From: Pecten maximus
Taxonomy: Eukaryota
NCBI RefSeq assembly: GCF_902652985.1
Contig: NC_047022.1
Span: forward strand, 20,584,001-20,648,000
Direction: 5' to 3'
DNA: 64,000 nucleotides
Shown here in pieces: positions 1-14,440 of the stretch. Positions within the stretch are counted from its first letter, which is position 1. Every line of letters starts with the position of its first letter. The notes under the pieces are model-generated. The model had not been told where the DNA came from. It worked only from the letters and a program-made list of their open reading frames with translations, and ran no database searches. The position numbers were made by a program, and so were the translations under genes.

Positions 1-1309
1 ATTGTTTGGAAATTCGGATTACCCATACTTCACAATAATATTTCGACATGAATACCATACTAAACAACTGTTTCTAAACATGATAAACGGTACCCTTTAT
101 AACTTCGCTTCAATTTTCATCTTGGATTACAGTGTATCAGGACTATAACAGTAGAATTCGCATCCTCGACATGACATTGACACTGGAGAATATGAAAGGT
201 TTCAATGTTTTTGACGGGAATGGATATTTCAATTTCTTGGTATTTTATAACACTTTCTTGTAAAACAACTTAATTTCCGAAAGTGTTAAAAAACGGTTTT
301 CATTTTCCATCACAAGCGTGAGTGTGTTCGTAAACTGTTGCAAGCAAGGAACCTTCAAGAATTCCAGTTTTTGTTTTTCCTTTGTCATTGAAATGAGATT
401 CCAAACCACCCAATGAAAAGTCAATGAAAAGTAGCCACCGACGGTCCAGATACCATGAATATCATTTATACCATTAGATAAAAGTGCAGAGCTCTAAAGG
501 CTAAAGGTCATTGCAAACAGAGGATAGACTTATATGGTCAAATCTATAGAAAGGACGTTCAACGATAAAACGACAAAGACTAATATAGGTATCGGAAGAA
601 TGCATACCCAGAAATGACATCAAAATCGAAACGTTAAGATTGTAAGCAAAACGATTATTTGAAGTACAGGTTGTTGAAATAAATATACTTACTTAAACAT
701 TTAAAACACTAGGACAGTTCGTTTTAGCAGATTTTATTGAAGTGAAGATGATAATAATGTATAAGATAAATCTGATTTTACCACAACAGGTGGGTGTTAT
801 TCAATTCCCAAGGCATGAAATAATCATAACAACTGTTGAATAACATTCAGTTTATACCACACGTGGAATAAACCCTAAACGCGTTTTGATTGGTTGACAC
901 GGTGACCTTTGGCCCGAACTGCAATTGTTATTAGCGTCTTCAATAATCGAATGACGTCACATCACTCGGTCCCGGCCGTCACTTGGACACTTTATTTGCA
1001 TACGCAAAATCAGACTTGGCCACATTCCCCTTTGATTCAAGCCGATATCATTGTGGTAGAAACAGGCCACACAACTCGTGGATAAGGAATTCATTTCACA
1101 ATCGTAAGTTATTTTTTGAAAAGTTTCAAGTGTTTTGTAACTTTAAAAAAAAAAATCATCATATCCAACAACCACTTGATGTGTAACCTCTATTTAATTC
1201 AGACGGACCTTGTGCTAAACATGCATTTTCCTTGTTATGTTTCTTTATTATGACAGTGACGTTTAACTAGATTAACAGATTAACATGCTACATAATCCCC
1301 ATAGATGAT

Positions 1310-4300
1310 CTACAACATTGGTACAGAGTTCCCACAGTCTTTTATATCAATGCCACCTCGTCCTGTAAGATTAAACCAGAACAGTTGTTTCCAGGTTAAA
1401 TCCGCTGAACGTTCCGAGTCTCTGTAGATTTCCACAGCCCTCTCATCGGCTGGAATCCATCGTGGTGTGTATCGTGCGAGGTGTTTGATCCGCTGAAACA
1501 AGGAAATAGATCATATCTGATTGAACTGTGCTTCTAATGTTAAAATAACATCTTCATTACAGACATTAATCTGGTGAACACTGTGTGATGTCGGGCAAGG
1601 TATTCCATCCGCTAAAACGAAGAAAACATATCTTATTTAACTGTGATACTATCATGACATAACATCTTTGTTGCAGACTTCGTGTATATATATATATATG
1701 CTTGAAATTGCAAGCAAACAAATCATAATGTGCGTTACGATTTGTTTGCTTGCAAAGCTCTGGCATTCAAATAGATCACAAATACCATACAAAAACAGTT
1801 CAATGCTTAAATAACCTTTTAACCTCTATCAATCTATGCAATAATCTGCATTGTCATTTATAATTCATTAATAGAATGGATATGTCGTGTTATAATAATT
1901 TTATATAATTTTGCAATTAAATACATACTAAAAATCGACGAAACGTTAATGCGTGCATTTCACAATGCACTTTGCCTGTTAAGTATGTACATATTATTCT
2001 TATATAGTTAACATACCATATCAAAGTGCTACAGGGAAAAACAAGTTTCCTTAAAATTAAATAGTCGTCCTAAAATGATTTTAGATAACACATAAAAAAT
2101 CAAAACGAGAAATAATGATTAGGCATTTTTCAGTAAATCTGGCACGTTGTGGATAACAACAATTATGAACCATTTTCACGGTATTGTACGGAGCCCGTTG
2201 ACTGACATGCTACACACTTATTTTATTTCGTTATATCGAAATGTTATTTCGTTTTATCGAAATAATAACTCGTTTCATCGAAATGTTATTACGTTTTATC
2301 GAAATATTATTTCGTTTTATCGAAATGTTATTTCGCTATATCGAAATATTATTTCGTTTTATCGAAATAATAATTCGTTTTATCGAAAAGTTATTTCGTT
2401 ATATCGAAATGTTATTTCGTTTTATCGAAATAATAATTCGTTTTATCGAAATGTTATTTCGTTTTATCGAAATAATAATTCGTTTTATCGAAATGTTATT
2501 TCGTTATATCGAAATGTTATTTCGTTTTATCGAAATAATAATTCGTTTTATCGAAAAGTTATTTTGTTATATCGAAATGTTATATACAAATGGGTTCCGT
2601 TGTTTATCTGTCCTTCCGTCTGTCTTTCCGCATGATATCTTTTGAGGGAATGATAAGATTTTTATGAAACTTGTAATGTAGAGTTATTACCTAAACCTCT
2701 CATTAAAGTTAGATTATCGTCATATTGCGCACATATTTAATGAGGCTGCTTTGACCTGATTGGCTTTAGGCACAATATCTTTTGAAGGAATGATTAGATT
2801 TTAATGAAGCTTGCTTAGTAGACTCATTGCCTAAGTCCCTATAGTTCGATTATCGCAATATGTAATGATTCGAAATGCTATGTCCTGTGTTTTATGTTTT
2901 TATGCATGTTGCCCATTTATTTTCATGTAATGCAATATTTGAATGGGCGTGGGATCTTGACAACTGTCATTGTCCTCCATCATTTGCTTGTTAAGTTGTA
3001 TAGTGCTGCAATAGAGTTGAAAATTGATTCCTATAAATACTTTTTCTTATAAAGGGTAATTGTTGAAGAAATTGAACTGTGATCACATCCACCATTGTAA
3101 CTCTGTTATAATATTGGCCCAGTTTCATCAATATTCCTTAAATACTTTATGTAAGAAAGTTTCTTAACAGAAAATTGTCCGTAGGAAAACATTACAGACG
3201 TGAAGGATTTTTCCTTAAGAGTTTTTCCTAAATCATGTAATGCTTTTCTTTGGAGAATTTTAAGTACAGGACTTTCCTGAAGTTCAGAAATATTGATGAA
3301 ACCAGAGCCAATTAGTTTGTCCTCCTCCAATATCTGTTTGGATATGTTATTTTTTACATTAATGTTTTATCTGTGTTCCTTTCTGAGTGTCAACAAATGA
3401 TCGCAAGTGTTGTTGCTGTTTGATCATCTTGTCACAGAGCCGTGAAGAACATGGATAATACCACTCTGTCTTAAAAGGCATGGTCACCTATTACATGTAC
3501 ATTACATACTACACATGGTATGATATGACCAGGAGTATAAATATTATAAGTCTGGTCTCTCAGCAGTCATTACATGTCAATTATTTTGTATATGTTATCA
3601 ATTTTTCATTCAAGTTTTTATGTTGTTTTAGAGTCACCAACTTTAGTTTTAATAATGTTTTACTTTATGTATTTTCGCAGTGCGTATTGTTTTTTACACT
3701 GTAAAATCATGTTATATTTCGACAGTGTTTATATATAAAAATGAATGGTGATGTTCTGATTGATATTTAATTGCAAAAGAAATAACGTGACTTGGAACTA
3801 ACAATATCATAAGAACACTTTTAGAGGAAGTCAGTGACTCAAAGTTTCATAAATTCCCATAACATAGCTTTACATGCATGTAACTTTTAATGATTGACCT
3901 AAATTGTATAGGTACATTTGACATTGTATCATTTCAAGAGTACATAAAGTATGATAGTCCTTTTCCAACCTGCTTCAAGTAGATGTTTATTTCAAATTTA
4001 TTTTCAACTGATCTGTATTAATAAAAATGGAAATCATTCTTATTTGTCTATACTTGTGATTTAACGAAATCAGCTGATTTTGTCTTTTCATCCCGAGACT
4101 TCTTATTATACTGGAATAATTGTTTGCGGTGTGTTAATGATAAAAAAGATGTAATAGCAAATAGCAATACAAGCAGAATCCAAAAATTCTGCTGTTACAT
4201 CAAGGTCATATTTGAGCCACCATCATGAAATGTTGTGCTATACAAATGGCCCTTCATCGTTGGTCCATCTTCCGTCTTTTAACATTTGTCTGTTGTGTGT

Positions 4301-7300
4301 TGTCACCAATCAACACGATCACATTAGTATTAACATATCTATTTCCTCAAATAATCAGATTGGTTTGTGTGTCAGACTGTGTGTTTAGGATGACAGCCAC
4401 AGCGACCACTTTTAACATGATTGTGCAATCTTTTAAACCTCTAAAAAGTTCCATCAGTGGAATTAAGCTCAAATGTACCTGACCACTGCATTGTTATTTT
4501 TCTGAAATCCAAGATGGCAGCTAAAACCGCCATGCTGTAAAACATATTTTAATCTTCCTTCAGTTCCACTAATGCAATTGATCTGGAAAGTGGTAGGTAA
4601 TAAAGTAAAGTGTTATCTTATAACATTGTTGCGTAATCAATGTTACCACCGATGACAATTCTTTTAAGTTCTACCAGAGAAATTTATCTTGAACCTATTT
4701 TGAAAGGATCCTGCAATGGTCCTTACCAAGTGTTGGTATTTTATCAAACTGTTTTGAAATCCGAGGTGACTGCTATCTTGGAGTAAAAAATCGTTACCTG
4801 AGACGAAGTCTCAAGTGATCTAATCGTCCTTTGTCCGTCCGTCGTGCGTACTTAAACAATTTACATTCGCCTTCTCAATATATGTAAAGCTCTGAAGCTG
4901 ATATTGAACCGTACCATTCTTGAAAAAGCGGCTACCAAATTTGTTCAAATGAATGTCATTGACATTTATTCAAGATCATAGTGGCCAAATAGGCTAAAAT
5001 ATTTAACTTCCTCTCAATATCCAAGAGACCAAGAGAACTGATATTGGGTCTGTAGCATGCTGGGATAAATGGCCTCACAGTTTGATCAAATGATCACTTT
5101 GACTTTGACCTACTGTTCTACGTACAGTACTTTAACCCAAATTATTTTGCGCGAAAATCCATCAAGACATCCGTTGATGCAAATTCCATATTGACGCAGC
5201 TTGTCATAAGAATCAAAATGCCATATGTAATTTGACCCTTTTGAACAACAAAGTCGTCTCCTGAGTTTATGTTTTGGGCGAAGTTATGTTCCTTCTTGGT
5301 CCAAAACACCCATCAAAATGATTACTTCCTCCTTCCTTGCATTGATCCTATGACTCCATTTTTTGATACATCCAGTGATATCCATGCATTTTTCCTGATC
5401 CTTTATGTTCAGATTGTATAAAATCTACAACGTCCATAACGTCTGGTCCATGTTTATACCTGTACAAACCTTCACTGTGCAATATCCGTATCAGCTTTCT
5501 ACTACTGAGGCTCAATCCATGTTATGCTTTACGATCAAACAAATTTCATCATGCTTTAACCCTAATGAGAAATAATTTATCAACACCTCCAAACCAGAAT
5601 CTGCCATGACAAAACATGTAGACTACAGGACAAAATGGTATTTCGATAAAACGAAATAACATTTCGATAAAACGAATTATTTTTTTGATAAAACGAAATA
5701 ACATTTCGATAAAACGAAATAATATTTCGATATAACGAAATAATATTTCGATAAAACGAATTATTATTTCGATAAAATGAAATAACATTTCGATAAAACG
5801 AAATAACATTTCGATATAACGAATTATTATTGCGATAAAACGAAATAACATTTCGATATAACGAAATAAAATAATTGTGTAGCATGTCAGTCAAGGGGCT
5901 CCGTAATATTGCAATGTTACGGCATGGATGTTTATTTTTTACAGTAAAAGATTATTCATAATTGATCAAATCACATCAATATATTATTGGTATACCTGTC
6001 CAAATGGTCCTTCCGCTTTCACTATGACCCACACAGAATAGCCAAGAGCTGGTAATATGGACGCCATTGTAAAACACCATCCTATAGCCCGCGCATACAC
6101 AGGATAGTTATAGTCTCCAAAGGACGGCGGCTTGTATGTAAAGACACTGATCACGAGGAGGCACTGGCAGAAACATAACAGTACATATCATTATCAGAGC
6201 AGAATTAACCTAGGTTTGAAATTTTAAAACGCCAATTATTCATTAATCAATCATAAATCAAACTGTGCTTGTAACCCGTATAGATCAACAATAGAATTCA
6301 ATCTCGGATATCATCTATAAAAGTGTTCAGCGATGAATTCATAATTCTCTTCCGATGTAAGTTCAAGGAAATATTCACAAGTATTTTGTTTTTCCTTCAA
6401 ACATAAAAAAAAAGGTACAGGTTTTACAGGTGTGAGGTAAAGCACTGTTTGATTGTTTTTCATGCAGGAAAATCAGAATGATTTTTGTATTTTGAATGAA
6501 TGGAATAGCGTTGCCAAAGTGATGTTTTCTTTTCTGTTCTTTTTTACCATCATTATGCCAACAGATTACTCGGTCATAGTATTTTCCGAATTGCCGATTC
6601 GACACCCCTACAAAATTACTTTGGACTTATGAAACCCTACATTAAAATTTCATTTTAAAAGTCATTCTTCAGTCAAAGTTACATGAACTAAAATAGATAC
6701 CGTAAGAAAAACAGGCATAATGAAGGCTGTACTTATACGGACAATGGCGGGAAGTGGCCGGTTGAGCATCAGGCGGACATCACGATCTATCCTGTGTGTA
6801 CCTGTACATAGTAAATAAAATCCTAGCCAATCGCCAATTTACATTCCTTTGAAAGTTTATGTTCAAGAATGCACAAGACCACTAAAACAGTGAGTGTGAG
6901 AACACCGTTCAATAACTCGTAACTAAGGTTTAGAGATAATCATAGCCATTATAACTTTAGCACCGTCATATAACACAAAATCAAAACGTAACTCATTAAC
7001 TGATTATTTTTGACCGATGAAATATTGACATGAATAAACTTGATTGAAGTACAAGAAAAGATGACCAGTTATTGCTTGATCTGATTCATCATTGAATCCG
7101 CCATGTAGCATCAATATTTATCAAGCAAGTGTCTCTGCGTTCTAGAAATGAACATTGGATATTCAACAACAAAATTGTGCAAGTGTTTTTCAGAACAGTT
7201 TGATATCATAATACATTATGTCCGGCAAAATTATAATCCTTCAACATATCAATCAACTCTGTTATATAGTTGTCATAATATCCAAGAGACGAGAATGGGC

Positions 7301-10300
7301 GAGACTATCAATTTCTCTGGATTTTTAACATGTGCTTCGGCAGATGTGCTGTCATAAAATTCCAGATTATTATCAACGCCAAATAGACATCTAATTAAAT
7401 AATTCTTGATTCTGGTACTTACCATAAATCCAGGCAAACATGATACACTCGGCCATACATATCAACATGACACTCCAGGTTCCGGTGTACCAGTCCACCA
7501 GCAGAAATATGTAGACGCCAGCCTATTAAGAACACAGACTAATTTTTAGGTATTTGTCTTATTGCATTCGTGTAGAGTTCCTAATTTATCTAAAAATAAT
7601 TATACCAATGCACTTGGAATTCAAAAATCATGTCTACATGGTTTATGATTACAGGTAAGTATATGGATAAAATTTACAGTTTTCGAACATAAATATACAC
7701 TAAGGATACGCATACGTCGTTACTGGGTGTCATATACCAATGTCCTTCAAAGAAATTCCTCACTTCACTCTCTCTGTTCAAACAGGTAATAAGATACCAC
7801 AGCGCCTTGTTACAACGCAAAAACATCACAATAGCATTGCAAATGAAAAATTGTAAAACAACTCGACAAGAATTGAGCGTGTCAGGCACTGACAGATGAT
7901 CTGCACTCTAGTGACATAAACAGAGGATATCTAACAGTGCCTTCAGTAAAACAAAATTTATTTCACGAGTGGGGCTGTTATTTTGATATTTTAGCACGTT
8001 AGATGTTCTGTTAATTGCATTTTTATAGCAAAATCGGGGCAGCTTTAAAATTCTTCCATTGTCGTTTGTAAGCAGTGTTTTAATTGGTCGAAAAAGTAAT
8101 TTCTTTACTTGTGTTATTAAGCAATGACTGAATGAGTGACGAACAATCAAGCGAGGTCTGCGGTTAGCAAGCAAATAAAGAGTGTAAAGTGATTAAAACA
8201 AGAAAAAGCGTAAGGGACTTAAAGTATTCATCCCCCAAAATAATATTGTATAGGCATCAAGAGAAACATCAGTACAGAGTGAACAACACTGTTTACTGGA
8301 CTATTTTCCTTTTTTGTTTCGCTAACTAAAAGTGCTGGGATAAGAATGCATCCAAAAGTGCACTATTCGCTGAAATACTTTACGTTTACGTCATGACAAA
8401 TTCGATACCAAAATTGTGATTCCGAAAAAGGATTTTGATAGAAAACAAATAAACAAAAATACAATCTATACATTTGTTGATAAGTTAATGTAAGAAATTA
8501 TTGAATGAATCCTGAATATTATTGTTACTCATGCTTTCAGCAATACCGATTGTATTTAAAAGCCTAATTTTCGCAACGACAATATGTAATATTTTAGATA
8601 ACTTACCTTTTCAATGAGTTTGTTGAACGATCTATCATACTAAATGGTATTTACCTGTGTAGCGAGAGGCAAGCTAAGAAGAAACATCACAAAACTGACA
8701 ACAGCCAACAAAAGGATCCTTCGATTTTTCAATAGTTTCGGGAATATTTCCTCTAAGATCATCAGAAATGGTTCTGTAAGTGTCGCCTGCAAAAGTATTC
8801 ATATAACAATGTTAATATCTAAACGAATTGAATATTAAAAGAAAACATTGATGTCTGGAAATAACAGAACATTGCATTAGACAAAATGATATTACTTTTC
8901 TTTAAATCATTGCTAATATTGTTCAGTTAAACCTAATCAAATATTTCAGAAGGCATATACCATAGCTTCATTTATTGATATTACTCTAATTACCATGGCA
9001 TCCAACCCGGGTAGTAGAATTAGGAAGTAAAAGATGGCACACCAAAGTTGGGGTAAGGGGAAATAACTCAATGCCTTGGGATAGGCTATAAATCCAATGG
9101 AAAAACCACCTAAATGACAATAAATAAAAGAAAAAGGTTTATCATCAATATATGAATATTACCATATTGGAAAACAGTATTGCTAACATGAAAGTTATAA
9201 ATTGGGTAAAAAGGAGAATTGGTGCTAGTAAAACAGCTGACTGTCATGACTCTTGAAAAGAATGTCTAATCTAAAGAGAGGTTTGACATTTTTATAATAT
9301 ATAGAGGATATTGAATGGTTTCCCGTTTAATATAACATATATTTCACGAGTTTTCTTTTTATTGCATTGTATATGCTTAAAAACAAATGTAAAAACATCG
9401 AAAAAATCAATAGTGTCGAAAAGTGCGGCAATCAGTAACATAATTCATGATGTCATCTCTTTGTGACGTTACTCCACGTTAACTTGACGGCTCCATTTTG
9501 AAAGAACTGATCAACGCAATTCAAGCGTTTTCTGCTGTTATCGGAGAATCTGTTTATGAATAGGTAAAGTCAAGTGATTATTTTGTCAAAAACTATTCTG
9601 AATTTTTCAGAAATACAGCAAAATAACCAGTCTATCTATATTCGCTTCGATCGGGAAAATCGGCAAGTTTCAATGAGGTAAATACAAAGGTTCACCCTGA
9701 TTAATCAAAACGAAAAACTTATATTTTCACTGCCAAAGTTATATTTACACTGCACAATCTTATATTTTCACTGCTCATTGCTGCAGAGAAAATATAAGTT
9801 TTATTAGTTTCATAAATGTCGATATATTACTGGCAAAAATGCAATACATTGTATATAAATATAATCGCTTTATTGGAAATTATGTATCTAGGTCACTAAT
9901 GATTCAGCAATGCAGATTCGTTACAAATAAGATTGCATATCTAGACATTTTAACTACCTGAGGTCATCATATCAGCGATTGGCACACCGATCTCCTCTGA
10001 CATCACACCAAGTACGGAAAACACCACGAGGCCATTGACTAGTCCAAAGGTCAAGGTCGCCGTTGTTGATATTATCGACGATCTGTAATGTATTTATTAT
10101 TTATCGGAACCAGAGATTATTCTTGTAATGCAATTCATTAAAGTTATAAAGAGGATATTCACTGTTTCTTGATGAATAAGTTATATTTTCACCGAGTGGG
10201 ATGAAAAATCTGCCGCATTACATATCGGATTACATTCTGAGGACAGTAGAAGCAAACTCATATTGTAGAGACTGGGTTTCCCGTGGAGTTGTGTATGATT

Positions 10301-12839
10301 TATTTGAGCAGCAGGGACAGGGAAGATGAGGTTGATGATGATTTATTGAAAACAGAATACGACAGATCATGTGATTCTGATTGATGCTAATTTTGCAGTA
10401 GTTATTTAGTCTGTTTGCACTCTTGTTTTCAGAGAGTGACAATGATTGAATATATGTCAATATTTGTCAGAAAGTTTAAGTTAGCAGACGAAGGATATTT
10501 AACAGTATTGTGTTAACGTAAAGAATGCTCAATAAAGTACGTTAATACTATTGTTTTGATGTTTCCACAAAAGGAAATCCCGTCAAGGGCGCTTTTTCAC
10601 TCCAGATTTTTTACTCTGATTACGCAAAGACGAGTGGAAATACCGGAACTGTTATTTCTACTCGCCTAAAAATATCACTTTTATCACTTTTATTTTCACC
10701 ATTGAAATTATACATCACTACGAAAAATGTAATAGAATATTGTGTTGTGTCGATATACCACTACAATTATAAGTTTGAGAATATAACCCTGATAAATACC
10801 AACCACAATATACAGCTCGGCAAGAGAAATCTTCACTTTAGCTCGATCGGTTGAGCATAAGACTAGTGAGCCAGAGGTCCCTGGTTCGATCGCTAGCGGA
10901 GGTAGTGATTTAAATTTAATTAATCATGCGCTCTGTTAAAAGAGCAAAGCTGGTGTGAATTCTATATTTCAGACATGAAATGAAATCACTAGATCAGTCC
11001 TTATTTCATAAGTGAAAATCTGGTCGTACCGTTTCCCCCCTTTTGTTTAAGCAAAACAATGACACATACCGTAATGAATTTGTCCGGAATTTGTTGTGTG
11101 CTCCCATCATCATAAGTCCTCCCCAACCTGGACCCAGAGTTAAAAACGTCTGAAATGAGGCCTCTATCCACAGCTAAAGCGACACAAACAACAAAACAAG
11201 TATAATAAATGATGTGTTTAATTGCTACAACAAAAACGGTCATGTTGTTTGCCTGTTTGTTGAATGTTTTGCAATGTATGAGGTGCATGATATATATGTA
11301 TGTACTACCTGTGAGTCAGCAAACCTTCTGAAGTCAACCGATACAAGATACAACATTCCCTTTTGAAGCTCCTGGTAATGTCAAAGCTCGGATCCAGATC
11401 ACTAGGACTAGAACCACGGGTAGAAGGGCTGTTATATACGATACCTGTAGGATAATTGGACGAAAATCACTCAAATAATGCATACGATATAATGCAGCAT
11501 AAGCAAAATATTTAGTATGTTTGAAAATTATTCTTTTTCCCGACATTGTCTAAATTTGTAACGGTCTCGATCCTAATATGATACTGACTGCCCTGTTAAA
11601 TTAGATATGCTTTTGGACTAGAAAACAAATACACCATAGACATCTTGGAAAATAGGTCTTTCCCTTGACCCTCCCTAAATCTTTGTTGATGAATAATTGC
11701 CGGTGTTACTGAAAAATTGATAATCCTCAAAAAAATGGCAAAGTTAAAGTTTGTGATGCACTTTCAATGTTTGAGCAAGTCAAAAAATTATGTGTAGACT
11801 TATATTGAAGACATTGTAATTAGGAATTCTAAGGCATTGCTAAGTACAAAAAGTTTTATTGGTAAATCATTTAAAAAAATTTAACTCTATTTGTTTTAAG
11901 TACATATGTAAATAATAGTACGAAATGGTTCAATTGTAGTATAAACTATTTGATATTGTACAATCCTTGTACGTGTATTTTCTAAGAACGTATGGTATAT
12001 AGGTGTCTGTGTGTGTCTGCGTGTGCGTTGATACCTTGCCCAAGCTGGCGACGCTTTTCACAATACTGATGGCGGCAATTAGTCGCATTATGAACAGGTA
12101 AGCCACGAATACAACACTGATTGTTCCTAGGACATTAATTCCTTCAGATATTCTCAAGATGTGATATCTGATGAAGGAAAAAAGTAAAACAGTTAATTTG
12201 CAAAACTCTGTTAGATACAAGTTCAATCTTTAGTTTAAATGTTTAAAAAAAAAAGCTAAAAAGCCGAAAAACAACTCTTATATCATACACACTTACAACC
12301 AAAATTCGTCTACGGGATCCACCGGAAGGTATATAGTCTCGTTCTTTACAGGTTTCACCGCCCAGGAGGTCAGGTTCTGGAAATTGTAATGTTGTACGTG
12401 TGAAAACACGCCATTCAATCACACCGGATTAAAATTTTTATCTTCTTATATTAAGGCGTCTTACCACAGTTTTTAAAAATAATTTGCCTATACATTACAA
12501 TCTTGCTATATAAATATACATGCTTGACGTCCACAACCAAACCCAATAATTGTCGCATTGCTTTACACTGTAAACTTCAGATACTCCTCAGCAGTGTTTA
12601 ATGAAATGATGATTTTGAAGAACTCCAAGAACATTTTGATAAATCCTGAGAATCCGTTACTTAAACTAAAAAATGTCTAGAACGTTTGGCATGTTAGAAG
12701 TTTTTCGCTTGGAAACTAAAGCTTTGCCACAAGCTAAAGAACTTAGGATTGTTTAACGGTTGTCTTAAACCCCTGGTTTACGACATTAATATTCTGCAAA
12801 TGAAACTCGAAAGAAAATGCACATGTAAAAAATATTATA

Positions 12840-12880
<41 letters not shown>

Positions 12881-14440
12881 AAACACCCAAAAAAACACGG
12901 TATTTGAACTATAAACACAGTTTAAAAGGACATTTAACTCACAAGGAAATACACTATATGTTATTGTTTAAACACCAGTCTGTCAAATTTGAAAAAAAAA
13001 TCCCTGCATTCGTTGGAGTTATTGCTATGCTGGACATTTAACACTAATGTGCCTCTTCAGGCGGCAAACTGACATGTAGAAACAGATTATCTTACTCACT
13101 GTATTAAGTCTTACAACGGGTCGACAACAGATTACTTCCATCGAGAAGTTCAAAGAAGAGGTTCAGCGAGTTGAAGATAAGATATCGAGGTTGTTGAGAT
13201 TGAAACATAAGAAAATACCGACTTTTGCAATTAATTGGCAACGGCGGTTCTACAATAATATGTGGTCTTTTTATTACAAATAAATATATTACCATGATTG
13301 TGTAGTTTTCTGAACTGGAGTTGTACGTGGACATGTTCCTCGGAACGATATCGGAACCGTCCCTGTAACACGCTGGAGTATTCCAGTCATTGTCACAGTT
13401 AGTCCATGGCAGGACTGCTTTAAACGAGTTAAAGAAATACTCCAATGCCCAGGCCGTTAGGGTGACTGTAGTAACACCATAAATGCAATTTATCACTGCT
13501 ACAGCGATGCCAATTCCTGAAAGACAAATAATTACATATCAACAAATTATTAATCATACAGTGATGTGTGACATTTCTAATAAAAGGCATTCGTAAAACA
13601 CGGTGTTGCATTGGTCTTGACTTCGCATGTAAACTTAACAATATTGAGAAGTTGAGATATAAAATAATGTTCTAGTGGGACAGCACATCACTCTTGTCTC
13701 GCAATACCTTGCCGGGGGATGGGGAATTTATAATTGGGTAACAATACGTCGCAGTTGAACCACTATTTAAAGAACTATTTGTTATTTTCGATCATAGTAT
13801 CTTCGTCCTAAATAGAAATTGATCTTACCCCTCAGCATAGGACAGATGTCCCAAAATCTCCACGGTCCTTTTCCAGAGTACTGAGACAGCCCTAGCTCTA
13901 AGAAGTACAGTGGAAATCCGCACACAAGCATCAAGATGATGTAGGCGATAACGAAAGGACCTTAAATAGATATTACTTATCACGTTATTTTCAACAGGCC
14001 AATCAGCTGAAATCTGAAATTTTAACTATTTTTGATTTTTGATTTCTGCTACCCTAAAGTAGAAGCTTAAATAAAATCAAAAGATTATGCAGATTTGCTA
14101 AATACATAAATAACAACCTTAACCAAATTCAAAATATCTCACATCTTATCTTATATAATATAATATATGATCATTGTGAATCCTTTCATAAATCACTTTG
14201 ATGTTTTTTTCTTTTACAATGTGGGGAAGTACAATTAATCAGATCTCCTTAATTTGTTTAAATGTACCCACTTCAAAGATAAGGTTGTCCACAAATGTTT
14301 ATGTAACACTCACCCCCTCCATTCCTGTAGGTCAGGTACGGTACTCTCCAGAATTCCGGCGTACCAATGGAGTATCCCAGTAACGCCACAACAAATTCTA
14401 TATTAGAGGCCCATTTCAGGCTTGCAGCACTGTTTTCCAT
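1310..14440 (-). CDS. SLC6 (neurotransmitter:sodium symporter family) transporter, paralog A; 14 coding exons, ~619 aa; one +1 frameshift in exon 6 as assembled
   Basis: Hand-spliced GT-AG exons, minus strand, in gene order: 14314-14440, 13829-13960, 13293-13516, 12297-12376, 12035-12167, 11309-11444, 11070-11173, 9958-10082, 8994-9109, 8655-8786, 7423-7522, 6701-6801, 5996-6163, 1310-1492. SLC6 motifs: WRVPYLTYRNGGGPF, LPWTNCDNDWNTPAC, LWIEASFQTFLTLGPGWGGL, FIAYPKAL, GVYIFLLVDWY. Exon 6 is 136 nt against 135 nt in paralog B (extra base in TCAAAAGGGAATG, ~11355-11364), giving TGA at 11334-11336. Confidence 0.93.
2224..2582 (+). repeat. 21-bp minisatellite (TTATTTCGTTTTATCGAAATG-like), left arm of the IS3EU-like element
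   Basis: About 17 tandem units visible directly; explains the repetitive ORFs 2147-2635 and 2241-2645. Confidence 0.95.
4210..5110 (+). mobile_element. Two degenerate Helentron-associated (HINE/pearl-like) fragments nested inside the IS3EU-like element
   Basis: GCCACCATCAT head at ~4215, similar to the 44788 element, with AAATCCAAGATGGCAGC core motifs; second head with hairpin CCTGAGACGAAGTCTCAAG (~4797), GTCCGTCCGTC microsatellite and TTTGTTCAAATG-type repeats. Confidence 0.5.
5128..5580 (-). pseudogene. Decayed IS3-like/integrase-core DDE transposase, N-terminal part
   Basis: Manual translation across frameshifts and stops: ...HGLSLSSRKLIRILHSEGLYR...GSGKMHGYHWMYQK...LDQEGT*LRPKHKLRRRLCCSKGSNYIWHFDSYDKLRQYGICINGCLDGFSRKIIWVKV. 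The WHxDxYDKL...IxGxxDGFSR segment is the first catalytic-Asp region of this integrase family. Confidence 0.8.
5638..5870 (-). repeat. 21-bp minisatellite, right (inverted) arm of the IS3EU-like element
   Basis: Reverse complement of the 2224-2582 array; explains ORFs 5549-5851 and 5580-5894. Confidence 0.95.
10836..10905 (+). mobile_element. tRNA-derived SINE head or tRNA pseudogene
   Basis: A-box-like TAGCTCGATCGGT (10839) and B-box GGTTCGATC (10883) at tRNA spacing; stems are degenerate, so not called as a functional tRNA. Confidence 0.55.
12846..12883. repeat. Poly(C)~25 followed by poly(A) tract
   Basis: Directly visible homopolymers in SLC6-A intron 3 (poly-G on the transcript strand). 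Confidence 0.9.

Larger units (their letters stand above)
2187..5905 (-). mobile_element. IS3EU-like DNA transposon (decayed) with long, minisatellite-containing terminal inverted arms, in the last intron of SLC6-A
   Basis: Termini TACGGAGCCC...GGGCTCCGTA; near-perfect 6-bp flanking duplication GTATTG (2181-2186) / ATATTG (5906-5911); inverted 21-bp tandem arrays inside both ends; minus-strand integrase-core remnant. TAY..RTA termini with a 6-bp TSD match the IS3EU description as I recall it. Confidence 0.8.

Noticed and set aside
780-1190. Degenerate interspersed repeats with internal inverted motifs (also ~9300-9850, 10150-10740, 39860-40230, 55085-55340)
   Set aside because: Probably old non-autonomous DNA elements, but boundaries and family cannot be supported without a library search.
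2147-2645. Repetitive ORFs (ISFYRN / FRFIEML repeats), also at 5549-5894
   Set aside because: Translations of the 21-bp minisatellite arms of a transposon; open in several frames only because the unit length is a multiple of 3.
10836-10905. Functional tRNA gene (a weaker minus-strand analogue lies at ~39240-39305)
   Set aside because: A and B boxes are present, but the acceptor and anticodon stems do not pair properly; treated as SINE-derived.
11350-11368. Programmed ribosomal frameshift in SLC6-A (TCA AAA GGG AAT)
   Set aside because: It would need a +1/-2 shift, there is no in-frame X_XXY_YYZ site, and paralog B lacks the extra base; an indel or sequencing error is simpler.
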